Below, one piece after another: positions 38,676 through 50,828 of a DNA stretch of 64,000 bases. Both the position numbers and the translations under genes were made by a program. Under the pieces are notes generated by a model, which was given only the letters and a program-made list of their open reading frames with translations, made no database searches and was not told the origin of the DNA. This DNA comes from Lingula anatina. Its lineage: Eukaryota > Animalia > Brachiopoda. Location of the stretch: positions 11,594,001 to 11,658,000 of the forward strand of contig CM120646.1 in the NCBI GenBank assembly GCA_051362555.1, written 5' to 3'. Position 1 is the first letter of the stretch; each line of letters opens with the position of its first letter.

Positions 38676-40914
38676 ATGGGCAAACCAAGTGTGCAAGAAA
38701 AGATGCTACATTCATGCAAGGCACAAGAATGTTTAAAGATTTTGATCTTATTCTGTGTGCTTGCTTTTGTCTTTGCTTTAAAATGGTCTTTGATGCAGTC
38801 AAAACCAAGTGAGTTTCGATACGTGGCAGTTAAAAAAACAGAGGCAAACATGAATATCAGTTCTCGTGAGCATGAATACAATGAAAGAAGAGGACACGGA
38901 AGAAAAAAGGTCATTACAGCAAATGGTTATTTCAGAAGGAAAACGATTATGTCTTCAAAGTGGGACAGAAATTTCTGCTCCAATTTACCCGCGGTTTCTC
39001 CAGATATACCGCTAACCCAACGATGGATGCCAGTCATTTCCCCTTCAAACGATTCACTGGATTATGTTTTCGCAGCATACCTCTACACCAAAGATGCCAG
39101 GCGACAGCTGGTTGTTACATCCATAACTTCTAACAACAGTCAAGCATTCGTTTGCCAGATATGGCACATGGGGAAAGGTAAAGGACAAGAGGGCAAAGTA
39201 TATCATCGAATTACACCCTGCTCGTACAGAATGGTTTTGAGGACCGACCTGTGAGTACACATGTTGCAGTATGGTAGTAGTTTAATATGAATGTTCTTGT
39301 AGTAGCGTTATACAGTGACAATAACACCTTTTGATAGGCCTATGTATCTTACTTGTATCTCTGAAACATTTTATTTTTTATTTATACATAAAGTACAGAA
39401 TAATACTTTGTTTACTAACATCCCCGGTAGCAGATACGCGATCAAGACGATTTTAATATAAATTCAGATAACAGACAAAGGTGTTAAAAAAATTAACAGG
39501 GTGGCAGTGTTGTTCGCTATGACGCCACCCAAAACCCATCAATCTCCCACACGCCAACATTTGACATACAATAGACTAAAACCAAGACAGTGGCGGATTT
39601 AGAGGGGATCAGGGGGTCCTGAAGCCCCCCCCCCCCCCTTCGGTTTCTCAAAAAAAAAAAAAAAAAAAAAAAAAAACCACTAATATTCCCCTATTGGAAT
39701 TAGAACTTTAACTAGCTGATTTATAATACTAAACCGTACCAGATGGCACCGTTCACGTTCTAAAATACCTGAAATTTCCAGGGGCCCCCGGCGTGCCCCA
39801 CGCCAACCGGGGGAGGAGCGGTCGGATTCGCATAAACGAATCCCCCCATTCAAATAATCCTTGATTCGCCCGTGCAAGTTGTTGATCCAGTTTGTTTCAG
39901 TGTGTGTTTGAGTGTTGAGATGGTATTATTGTTTTCACGCTTAGCGTTTTTTTCAACTATATCTTTTGCAGATACAAAGCCACTCTCCTTTATTGTCCCA
40001 TCAAAACTGACGAAGAGCCGTTTGCAGTTTCAATTGTACAGGCCAAAGACCCGTGTTCAGCCCCTCACAATGTTTTAAGAATCCAGGATGCTAGTTTTCC
40101 AGACGACAAGAACGACACTGTTGCCGTATGCGTTAAGCCCTTTTACGGCAGTTATGGTGGTTTTAATAGGACCGCAAGATTGGTTGAATTCTTTGAGGTT
40201 TATAAAATGCTTGGTGCCAGCTATTTCACTTTGTATGATTTTGATCTAAATTGTAACATAACTTGCCCTATTTTAAAATATTACGAACAAGAAAAAAGAC
40301 TATCCGTTATACCGTGGCACGCACCGCCAAACCTGAGAACGAAACTGAAACAATTTTTCGATTCTACAAAGAGATGGGTCAGAGATGCTGGGCAAGCCTT
40401 AGCCCAAACTGACTGTCTTTACAGAAGTATGGGGAAGTACACTCACATAGCCATGGTAGACATTGATGAATTTCTCATTCCTAGATCCAACATGACTTTC
40501 CAAAAACTATTCAGTGTGTTACCAAAACATCAAGGAGCGTATACATTTCGGAACAGATTTTTTCATATTGATAGTGACACAAGGGTTTCCAATCTCACCA
40601 GTTTTGGATTAAGGACTCGTAAATACCGACCAAGGACTATAATGGCTACCCGTGGAGAAAGTGCTCTAGTAAATAGACCAAAGTACGTTGCCTTGTCTGA
40701 AGGCACATGGGGTGCCGTAACACACCACGCAAGATTAATAGAAGGTTACAAGGACTATGTGGTACCAGTGGAACTGGGGGCCATGCACCACTATCGAGAT
40801 AATACTAGAATACATGAGAATCAATATGATCCATACATGTTATCTTATAAAGAGGAAATATTACACAGGATGGAATATGTGTTCAATAAAACCAAAGCGC
40901 AGGTCTTCGACTGA
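38676..40914 (+). CDS. GT92 glycosyltransferase, copy 5 (divergent), 505 aa
   Basis: Exons 38676-39250 and 39972-40914, phase-2 GT-AG intron, intact frame; DIDE, DCLYR and HHYR retained. Confidence 0.87.
39588..39874. mobile_element. hAT-like MITE in copy-5 intron
   Basis: TIR CAGTGGCGGATTTAG vs reverse complement CACGGGCGAATCAAG; flanks CAAGA / CAAGT (4 of 5 match). Confidence 0.6.
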
Positions 40915-41506
40915 CTTTCACGGCTGGGATACATTTGTAACTCTTCGAATAGTACAGCGACGCAATTATTCTTTTTGTTTTTATTGGAGAAAATCCGTTT
41001 CGTACCCTAAAACACAGTAAGAAAACAATTTGAAGATACAAATTCTAAAAAATCTAAATTTATTATATCTCTAATTATCCTTAGACTTTAAGATAGTGGG
41101 ATTTCAAAGCGTACCCCGACAACAAAATCAGATGCACAGGAGCACCGGATGACTATGTAGTGAAGAAAGAAATAAAATTCAAAATCATAAATGCCTATGA
41201 AAAACAGAGACAATGCTTTTACAGTGAAAGGTACAAAGTACATCGACGTGCTCATATAAAGATATCAATTTTCACTTATATTAAGTAACTTCGTCAACGA
41301 AGCAATTTATACGCACGATCACGTGAGACTAAAGGCGCCAAAGATGACAATCCTCGCGTGAACAAAGAGAGCAACACAGATGGCACTCAAAAACGAAGAG
41401 AGCATGTGATAGTGCGTTACACATTGATATGATAGAAAGTATGTGTTTTGTGTTGTGTGCTATGGGTTTCCCTCTTCCGTTGGCCCACTGGAATATAGTC
41501 CACTAA

Positions 41507-41749
41507 CCCCCCGCGAAAATTTGTCTCATTTACGGTTCTCAATCTATTCTAGAATATTTAGTGTATTTTTTTTACAGTTCTAATGCTATAATTGTTCTGT
41601 AATGAATGTACCAGTTCGAGAACTGTTTTTGGGAATTCCTTCAGAATGTCTTAGAACAGATAAGGAATATTTTTCATTAAAATAACAATATGTTCTAGGA
41701 CAGATTGAGAACCTAAGTGAGCGTTAAATGAGACGCATTTTCGCAGGGG
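41507..41749. mobile_element. Palindromic MITE
   Basis: CCCCGCGAAAATTTGTCTCATTTA...GTTCTCAATCT.TTCTAGAA is mirrored at 41690-41749; TSD not resolved. Confidence 0.6.
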
Positions 41750-41754
41750 AAGGT

Positions 41755-41920
41755 CAGGGGCGTAACCAGGCATACGCACGGATGCACTGTGCGTACAATT
41801 TTTTGAGCCAACCATGATATTATTCTCCATTAATTTAGTGTATTTTTCAAGGAATATAATCGTACCTGGGAATTTTCAAAATCTGTGCGTACAATTTTTA
41901 AAGGTCTGGTTACGCCTCTG
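41755..41920. mobile_element. hAT-like MITE with 5-bp TSD
   Basis: TIR CAGGGGCGTAACCAG / CTGGTTACGCCTCTG; AAGGT duplicated (41750-41754, 41921-41925). Confidence 0.85.
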
Positions 41921-42639
41921 AAGGTCAATAACTAATTTTGTTACCCATAGTGCAGAAGCAGACATTTGATTACAAATTAATAATTCAATGAGCAAAAACA
42001 CTATTAAACTGCTTGTTTTTCTTGCAGGTGGCTTTTAATTTGCATATCACTATTTCTCTTTGCTTCATGTTTTGATTTATCACGAACTAGAGTGACACAT
42101 TAAAAAGGTCAAGTTTAGGACGAAAAATTTGGATAAAGTGCAGTATTATACCTCGTTTACTGTCTGATTGGGTGAATGATGTGGGTTATATTTTGGAATA
42201 TGGATTTTACTTGTGTATAAAACTGGTAGTAGGAATTTGTATGTCTTAAAGGGAATGTACACGGCTGTACTATCCATTTTTATATATTTTTAAGGGTAAG
42301 AATAAATTCACTAGCTTTTGGTTTCAGTTGATTAGATACTATTCATTTTGGTATATTTTGCCTCTGAAGCATGATGTATGTTATCTCTACATAAGAGAAC
42401 GTGAAAATCTAGCTACATGTAATACTCCACTGTCATCACAGCTTTAAGTAATATATACCTACCCGGGTGAGGATGCAAATCCATACGAATACCAAACCCA
42501 CCCGGGCTAGATGCCCAACTCCCGTGTTTATATAACTTAAGGTTAAACCATATAATCTAGAGGTACACGTAATCCATCATTTTATTCAGTGTTATTTCAT
42601 TATTCCTCTCTCTTTGCCTGCTGTTGCAACAGCACGGTT

Positions 42640-42832
42640 GGCACTAAGAATTTATGGTCTTAAAACAGTTCAGTGTCACGATACCTTTAGTTTTCAAAGC
42701 TCTAGAATACTCAATATCACATACAGGTAGTTTATTCACAGAATTGGCACTATGAATTTACCGTATTAAAGCAGTTTAGTTTTCACAGCTCTAGAATATT
42801 CAATATCACATACAGGTAGTTTATTCACAAAA
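42640..42832 (+). repeat. Local tandem duplication (~90-100 bp x2)
   Basis: GGCACTA.GAATTTA...AGCTCTAGAATA.TCAATATCACATACAGGTAGTTTATTCACA occurs twice. Confidence 0.8.
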
Positions 42833-43850
42833 CTTACAGCGTTTTATATTGATGACTCTTTGTTTTCCAATCCGAAATAAACAGAATTAAGACATTTAAC
42901 ATAATTAAACTGAGGCTGATTTAAACTTTAATTGGAGATGAGGCCGTATTTGATCCTTTTAAAACTGAAAACATCCTTTAAAACTTGGTTTTAAAAATTA
43001 ATAAAATACATGGACAGATTCACTTAGTACCATCATAACTGGGACATCTGAATAATCTTTACTAAATATTGATGGGATTTGTCAGAGAAGAATTTCATCA
43101 GCTGTGTTTAGTTATAAGAATGATGTGAATTTTTCTTCAGTCAACAGCTAATATTGAGATAGGTTTTACCTCCAATATTTCGACGTCTATCAGGACATCT
43201 TCTTCAGGGAAGATGTGATTTGATTTGTATGTGGAAGTTTCTAAAATATTATTTGGTCACATGAAATCATCACCATGGCAGTTTAATAAAACCAAGGCAC
43301 AGGTATAGTCAACTAACTTTTGCAAATGGTAAACATTAATATGATATAAAGTATTAGTATTAGTGCCTTGATAAATTCAAATTAGACTCGAGTTTTCTCT
43401 CTTTCTTCATGCAACGTTAAATGAAAATAAACCATGATATTGTGCTTTAGGGTTTCCATCACAATCCTCAGGCATCACATGCACTGGATTCAAGATATCT
43501 TCCATTTTGAAGGTGTCATCTGCGATGCAACAACCATGTTATAGTCACATTCATAGAGATTTAAAATTCTTAACTCTGACAAAAGTGGTAACATTATACT
43601 TAAATACGTAGTTCAAATACTGCTACAAGTTTTATTCCATACTGCCATTTAACACAATTTGTTCACATACTATTTTATTATTTGTTCTTCTCTATCCAAA
43701 TCATTTTAATTTTTCTGTTATTTAACAGCAGTTGAACTTTGTTCTAAATCCATATCTAGGTAACCTTTCCCTCACTTCACAGCATTTACATTACTTTTTT
43801 TTTTGGTCCACATATCCTAAAAATGTTCATGACAGTCCACATCTGGGCAA

Positions 43851-43851
<1 letters not shown>

Positions 43852-43894
<43 letters not shown>
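43852..43894. repeat. (TA)n microsatellite (others: ~25535-25597, ~48830-48877; (GA)n ~47452-47481; (CA)n ~55760-55784)
   Basis: Direct reading. Confidence 0.95.
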
Positions 43895-43899
<5 letters not shown>

Positions 43900-44125
43900 C
43901 TCCTTTTGTATACTTGCTCTTGAACATCTATCCATGCAATATAAACACTGTTCTGCTGCCACCCAATCAAATCATCATGCCTGTAACATGGTCTAGTCTG
44001 TTGAGGTAAAAAAAAAATCAAGTCTTTTGATCGGATTGATATATTCCTGGCATACCAAACCAGTCTCCATCAATCTGCATAAAAGGCACTATTCATTTCA
44101 AACCACACAATTGGTACGATTCCCC

Positions 44126-47100
44126 TCAATCCACATCCACAGCATCTTTTTCCAAAGCTTGCCTGTCTTTTGGTGGTGGGGTCTGAAAATAATTCGATTA
44201 TAATGAGATTTACTCAAGTACATGATTTTGCAGCTCCACTTGCCATGCTACCCTTTAATTTTAAAGGGATAACAACTGTTCACTCTGGTCAAAAAATGGA
44301 TTTTCCTGATGCTTACCAATGCTTAATGGATCCATTCTGACACTCAAAATTAGTCCATGTTTTTTTTTCAAAACTGTTTGGTTTTTTGTTATAATCTATA
44401 GAGAGATTATTATGGAGGAACAGTCGTCTGTGAAGGTCCACAAGGTGTGATGGCAAAGACAACTGCAATAACCACTGTTTTGGTGTTTAAATGGAATTTA
44501 TATTTCTTAGAGTTGTTTACAATGTATTTATTGTGCAAAATGAATCTCATATGAACAGTTTTTATCCCTTTAATTAAGCCATAAAACTGGAGTACACAAA
44601 AATAAATAAATAAATAAACAGTAATAAAAACACATACCACACTGGGGTAGCTCTAGCAATTTTTTTTTGCTTGGCTAAATCTCCACTTTTTGTCAATTTG
44701 TTATCCAAATGGTTATAATTTGACGAAAACACGTCACACCAAGCTCTTATATTTAGCCAGTTTAAGTCACTTTTAGCATTTGGCTAAATTGGTGAGTGTT
44801 AGTGCTACCCCAGCCACACCAACCACATATGCACTTCATATACTCAATGTAGGCACATTACCAACATACACAGACCTTAATTTGAAGCAAATACTCCAAA
44901 TGCTTTAAAATGATGGTATCATCAGTAAAACACTGATTGCACTACTCTACACATTAGTGATGCTAGAACTTATTTTAATAGTTTATAGTTCTGGCATTTA
45001 AAACTCACAATGCATCAAAAATAATACAAACACTTGCACTGCTTTATTTCTGTAAATGAAGAATTTGAGTTTTTACATAAAGGAGCCAAGATTTGAAAGA
45101 GGTAAAGAAAAATACTGTCAAAAATTTTTGTACCTTGGACTGGGAAGGTCTATCTTTGTCAACCAAGGGCTTCTCCTCTTCTGCAGTTTCTGTGTCATAA
45201 CTCTCATCTTGTATGTTCTCTAAGATTTCCAGTTTAGGCACTTTTGCATCTGGTCCAACAAATTCTTCTGGCTCTTTTTTGATCATCTTGGTAGAAGTGC
45301 CATCCTCCTCTAAAGGCTGTTGCTTTGGTAACATGTTGGTTGTACTGCAATCCATTTCAGGTTTACTTTCACTTTCACTTTCAAAGTTTGCAGATTCTTT
45401 AAATTCTTCATCCTTGAATAAAAGTGAAGTAGTTAGAGTCCAGTAGTCACTTCTCTGACTACAAAACACAAATCTAGAAGTTGTGTTTTCTATGAAGTTT
45501 TGGTTTATTGATTCAGGTTTAAATACAAATTCACAATTGTTTTACTTTTCAGATACATGAACTGCACCTTACTGCAAATTTAAGATATTTTACTTCTTTA
45601 GACCTTAACAAAAAATACCTTGCAATATTTATATGGGCTGAAACAATGTCTTTCATATACCAGGGCATGTTTAAAAGGGTATTGGCAATGTCAAATTGCT
45701 TATAGTTGCCCAAGTAGAATCCAAGCTAATGATGTTATTTGTCTCGTTAAGACCCATAATCAAGAAAGAACTTCATATAGGAAACACAACATTAAAGTTA
45801 AAAAAAGTATTTCATTTGTGCCACAGCTGAAGTTCTTCAATTTCAATGTTAACACTGTGAAGACCAGACTCCCATGCTCCTCCCCATGCTATCAAACCTC
45901 TTCTTTTCATTTTTAACACAAACAAACAAACAAACAAAAACATCAATCATATGTAGTATATTTCTTGTAAGATTCTGAAAATGGAGGATTAAGACTATAC
46001 CAAAACTGCTCTTATTTTGTATAAATATGCCAAATATTAAAAACTAAATAAAAATAAATTAAATTAAAACCATTGAAAATTTCCTCCTTTGAATGTGATA
46101 AATAAATATTTAAATAAACAATTAACTAATCTCACCTGGGTATCATCTTTTTCATTAAGTCTGTTCTGTGTCTCTTGTAGTTGTATATGGAGAGCACAGT
46201 ATTCCTCCTCAGCTGCCACTGGCCTCACACAGGTACCATACCCCCAGCCACACGGCTTGAATAACACTTGATTGGGATCCTCCAGGATATCTACAGGGGC
46301 TAGGTCAAGGTCATGACATGATTTTATAGTGCGTGAAGTCTATTAGAAAGCAGATCACATTGAATGCACAGTGTGCTTATGCTCAGATATTGTTTGAAAT
46401 GCTGGCAGCTGACCTCTGAAATCAATTTATCTCTTTCATTTTCCAAAACATAATGTTTACGTCTGAAAATGGTGATTTGGAAGGACTGCAGGATTTCATG
46501 AGTCCAGGTCAGAAAGTACATTTTCTAAGTTCAAAATGGCAATGGATATAAAATATGATGCTTACATACATACAGGGGTATGAAACTTTTAGTCATTAGT
46601 TTTAATATATCAAACAAGTCAGTGATTGCTTCAGAGAGTTTAACCTTGTACAATTTAAGCTCTAAAACCCAGGTACCAAGCATTATTTTACATATCAATT
46701 CTGTCTGACTACAGACTTTACTTCAGCAAGGTTTTAAAAGGATACGTTGAATGCAGAATTTGGCAAGTGGAACAGTTCTAGCAGCACACTTGATGTTCCC
46801 AGAAGAAATGTGTGTACATTTTGGGTGTGGAGGTGCCTTGTAATTGGCACCCTCTGACACTGCTATACGCCTCTCTTTTGACTGCCTATGCAACAGTGCC
46901 TCCTGGATAGGAAAACAACAAAAAGAGCAAATGTTATAGAATACTGTGCCCTTTCTGTCCTCAATTATGGAACACTTAGCAACAAATTCTCTGTGATTAA
47001 AAAAAAATTATCATCTATTGGTTTAAAAAAAATAAACATTTTAAGTGAAGTGGGATGCTTCTAACATGATAACAAAATGATGCTGGGCACTCCTCTTTGA

Positions 47101-47447
47101 CATGTGGCATATGGGAAGGAAAATTACAATGTGGCAGCACCAGCATCTGAATACAATATTCATTGACAAGCATTACCTCAGCGTGCTGTCTACAAGGCAG
47201 AGCCAGAGCACAGATTGACCCTGAACTACTTCACTGCATGGTAACAGATGTCAGCCAATCTACGTCAGCAAGAAACGATAAATTGTCTCACCTTTCCATG
47301 CCTCTTGTGGTATCTTTTAAGCGCCATCAGCTTGTCGTATTTGTCTTTCTGGTGGGGATCACTCTTTGCTGCATGGATACTTCCTATAAATGAAAACAAT
47401 ATATAATGTATTCAACTTTTGTAAATGTGTATCATAATTTAACACCT

Positions 47448-47483
<36 letters not shown>

Positions 47484-48827
47484 CAGTTTTCAGAAAAGTA
47501 AAATTTTGTCAGTGCATTTACAACAGTGCACCTCAACCATCCCAAAACAAGATCTGTAAGCAAACATACCCAGACACATATCAAAATATTTTTGCACTTA
47601 TCACAATGTGATAGTTTTGGGCTTCCCTTGTACAGATAGGAAAATAATCAATAGACTTGCAAATTAAATTGTAATGGAGTCACCTGCATATACATGCAAC
47701 TCATCATAGTTTTTATTGTAATAACTTGTAATATCTTTTTCATTGCCTCTATCTCCCTTTAAAGTTTAATCTTCTATCTTTCTATATTTTGTCATACCAT
47801 TTCAACTTTAAAATCAGACAAAGACCTGAGAATAAATGAGTTTTGAAATTTGGAAACTAAGCTGCTGTGTTGTGTTTTTTTTTCCTGGGGTCCTTACGAA
47901 AAAAAAAAAAATGTTTTTGGCAATACAGTTTCAAACATTGGTTTGCATTTACTGAGAGATGAGCTCACCTAAAGTTTCTGCTTCCATTCTCTTTGCCATG
48001 AGCAGCTTCCTCCTCTTCTCCTTCAGAACATGTTGCAGACGTTTAAACTGGTCTATGTACAGGGACTGGAGACGTATCAGCTTATCTCTGGTTACCAAGG
48101 CAACCTCCTCAGCAGTATAAACACCAGCATGTCTGGAAGAGGATAGGAGAGGGAAATGGAAATATGTTAAGATATTTCAGTCTGACATTAGCCTGCGGCC
48201 AGTAAAATTTTGTTTAGACCAGTAGTTATTTCAAATTGTGTGAATTTTAAGGTTCGACATGGCCACTAGCATTTTTTTGTGTAAGTTTTCATTTTTCTTT
48301 TACATAGAAATCCCCAATTAAACAAGAAATGTATCTATATTTGCAAAACGGGTCACCAGTATTTATATCACGGTAAAAAAGCATGCCAGATGTATACATG
48401 GAGCCAAAAGCCAACACATCTCACCATGGTTGACCTTAGCCTTTACTGCACAATAAAATGACCACAGCACCAATTAAAAAGTTAAGAAAAAAAAAAAAAA
48501 AAATCCCAAAGAGATGCCAACTGTTCTTACTTGAGTGGGTCTTCCTGCTCGCTGTCAATGCTCTCTGCGTCGCTGTCCATGTCTCCTCTCCAAGCCTGAT
48601 CCACTACTGGCATCTCTCCGTCTGAATCACTGGAGCTGGCATAATCTGGATAAAATATAGAGAGATGTTATCATTTTGGGTCCATGTTCTTTTCCTCACC
48701 CCCAAGTCAGGCTCACAACTGTGGTCCTTCTATCTTTCGAATTCAAAATTTTTAGCAGTTTTTTTTTTAATGATCAAAGAAACAGTTTGTAGACAGAAAA
48801 ACATGCACAGAATATCAATAAAAATTG

Positions 48828-48879
<52 letters not shown>

Positions 48880-50156
48880 CAGATCCTGAATTCAAAGAAC
48901 CTGGCATTTAAGCCCTTAAAACATAATTCAGAGACTGAAAACAAACCCCCGAAATCACCTAGAATTCTATTGACCAAACTGTCAGCTGACGGTCTCTGTC
49001 TTTTGCTCTCTTTGTTATCCCCTCCTCCTCCCATCTCATTATAGTGCTCAATGTCTTCAAGTAATGTCTCAGGCGTCTCACGAGGACGTGCTTTACGACT
49101 TGTGCGCTGACGAATGTAGGCTGCCTTCCGGGCGTGGTCTGCACAATAACTGAAAATGGGATCAGAGCATCTTCAATGAAGTCCATTCTGACTGACTACC
49201 ACAGATTTTCAAAATTGAGCTTTTGAGACAACAAACCATCACGATACTGTAACAGCTTAATTTCCATCAGGTTTTAATGGACGGAACTCTTAATATAATC
49301 AGTAATCTTATCCCTTACACAGATCAGGGCATATACGAGTCAGAAAAAAATGTTACCATACTTCACATTTTGGAACTGTACAGTAACAAAAAGCCATTTT
49401 ACAATAGTGCTGTTTGAAATGATACAATTATCCATACTGGTTGTATCATTAATCATGTCTGAAATAATAAAACTGAAATATGTGAACTTGTAAAGTTTGC
49501 CAGAAATCACCATACCCGTCCTTCCTATCAGACTTGGGTGCAGCATTGGGACACCTCTTCCCACTTTTATTGGACATGTAGTTGCACTGTTTGTAGGGTG
49601 CATTTTTATCTTCCAGCAAGTGTTTGCTGCAGTACTCATATCCTAAAAATAATAATAATAAAAATAAGAAAATTACATCCACCCTGCTATTTGCTATTTT
49701 AACATCACAGTGACATTTATTTAAACAGAAAGGTCATTTAAGCAGTGTATGTTACATAAAGGTGAGAAGGGAGGGTGCTGCGTATGCCTCCACATCATTA
49801 TTCCCCCTTTGTCATATTATGATATTACTCACAATTACATTCCTGCATCAATACTCCCTACAATGCTACTTCCCACATAAGAGAGTGAAACTGGGGAGTG
49901 GGGGTGTAACAATACAGGGAGGCCTTCCAAGCCAGAATGGGCTCTACTTCACCTTCACTTTATTTGGTCCATAACCTAGCATATCTGTAATAATAAAATA
50001 TGTGAATGGGTGCCGGGCCAAGCATGATAATACAATTAGTCACTCTACTTTACCTTCTAACCTGTTCTGCATACAAATTCTGTGTGAATAGTTGCAAAAC
50101 TGGCCTTCAGTTGGAAGTTTCACTCTCTTTAACATCTGTGCCCTTTGCTTATACAT
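44126..50156 (-). CDS. KANSL2: KAT8 regulatory NSL complex subunit 2, 10 coding exons, ~479 aa
   Basis: Exons (minus): 50156-50054, 49642-49516, 49149-48959, 48645-48531, 48132-47969, 47383-47292, 46902-46746, 46290-46136, 45412-45134 (acceptor less certain), 44182-44126 (less certain). Diagnostic peptides: [14 protein letters not shown]...[69 protein letters not shown]. Confidence 0.93.
44265..44569. mobile_element. TTAA-targeting (Kolobok-like) MITE in the last KANSL2 intron
   Basis: TTAA-AGGGATAACAACTGTTCA ... TGAACAGTTTTTATCCCT-TTAA; internal homology, in inverted orientation, to 23470-23807. Confidence 0.75.
44642..44813. mobile_element. MITE with CTGGGGTAGC termini and 5-bp TSD
   Basis: TIR CTGGGGTAGCTCTA / TAGTGCTACCCCAG; CCACA duplicated (44637-44641, 44814-44818); a second copy lies at 53569-53753. 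Confidence 0.8.
46291..46745 (-). other. U12-type (minor) GT-AG intron in KANSL2
   Basis: 5' splice site GTATCCTTTT; branch-site-like ACCTTGAC about 13 nt before the AG, no strong polypyrimidine tract; frame continuity (CIQ-H-ILED). Confidence 0.85.
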
Positions 50157-50828
50157 GGCTTTGTTGTATTTAACAGGAGATTGAGCTGATTTACCTGCAA
50201 CCAAAGCATTTCAATACTTTTTGAGGTATATTTAAAGCATTTAAAACATACATTTAGTACTACACTGTTTAATCAGACTGTGCCAGTATTGAAGCCGGGT
50301 GCAAACGGCTGGAGAAATTCAGGAAGTAAAATTGAGAAAGTACAGCTTTCTTCAGTAGTCTTCACAAGGAAAATTCAAGACGAAGGTCAATAAGCCGAGT
50401 TAACATTATCAATCGTATTGATACTGTAGAATTGAAAAGCTGCAGAAAACGATTACAATCAAGCAGTGTTCAATACGTGCCAATGTTAAGCATTTATGAC
50501 CTACATCTGACTGCGTTGCACAGGGAAGTTATCGCAATTTTCTAAGAAATACAGGTTGGCATAAATTTTGACGCACCTGCTGAACCCAGTTTCGAAGACG
50601 AGGTATTGACCCAGTTTTACGGAGAGTAAAGAAAATTCGATTTCAACACTATTTCACATAGCAATAAAGAAAATACAGATTGATTCTGTTATTAAAACAT
50701 GTTATTTTCGTTGTCACAGTTCATTTTCTAAGGCTCACGATTAAGAAATATACATATTTTTCAAACTGTCAAACCAAGCGACACATGCGCAGTAGATAGT
50801 CTGTCTGTTCGTCTCGGTGCGGTAATCA
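50157..50828. promoter_or_regulatory. Probable bidirectional promoter and 5' UTRs of KANSL2 and Cyclin T
   Basis: Divergent ATGs 673 bp apart. A minus-strand acceptor at ~50195 and donor at ~50577 suggest a non-coding KANSL2 exon 1. NRF1-like ACATGCGCA at ~50783; locally CpG-richer. Confidence 0.6.

Noticed and set aside
42250-42536. Further TTAA-flanked Kolobok-like MITE
   Set aside because: TIR match is weak (AGGGAATGTACACGG vs CCGTGTTTATATAAC), so it is not listed as a feature.
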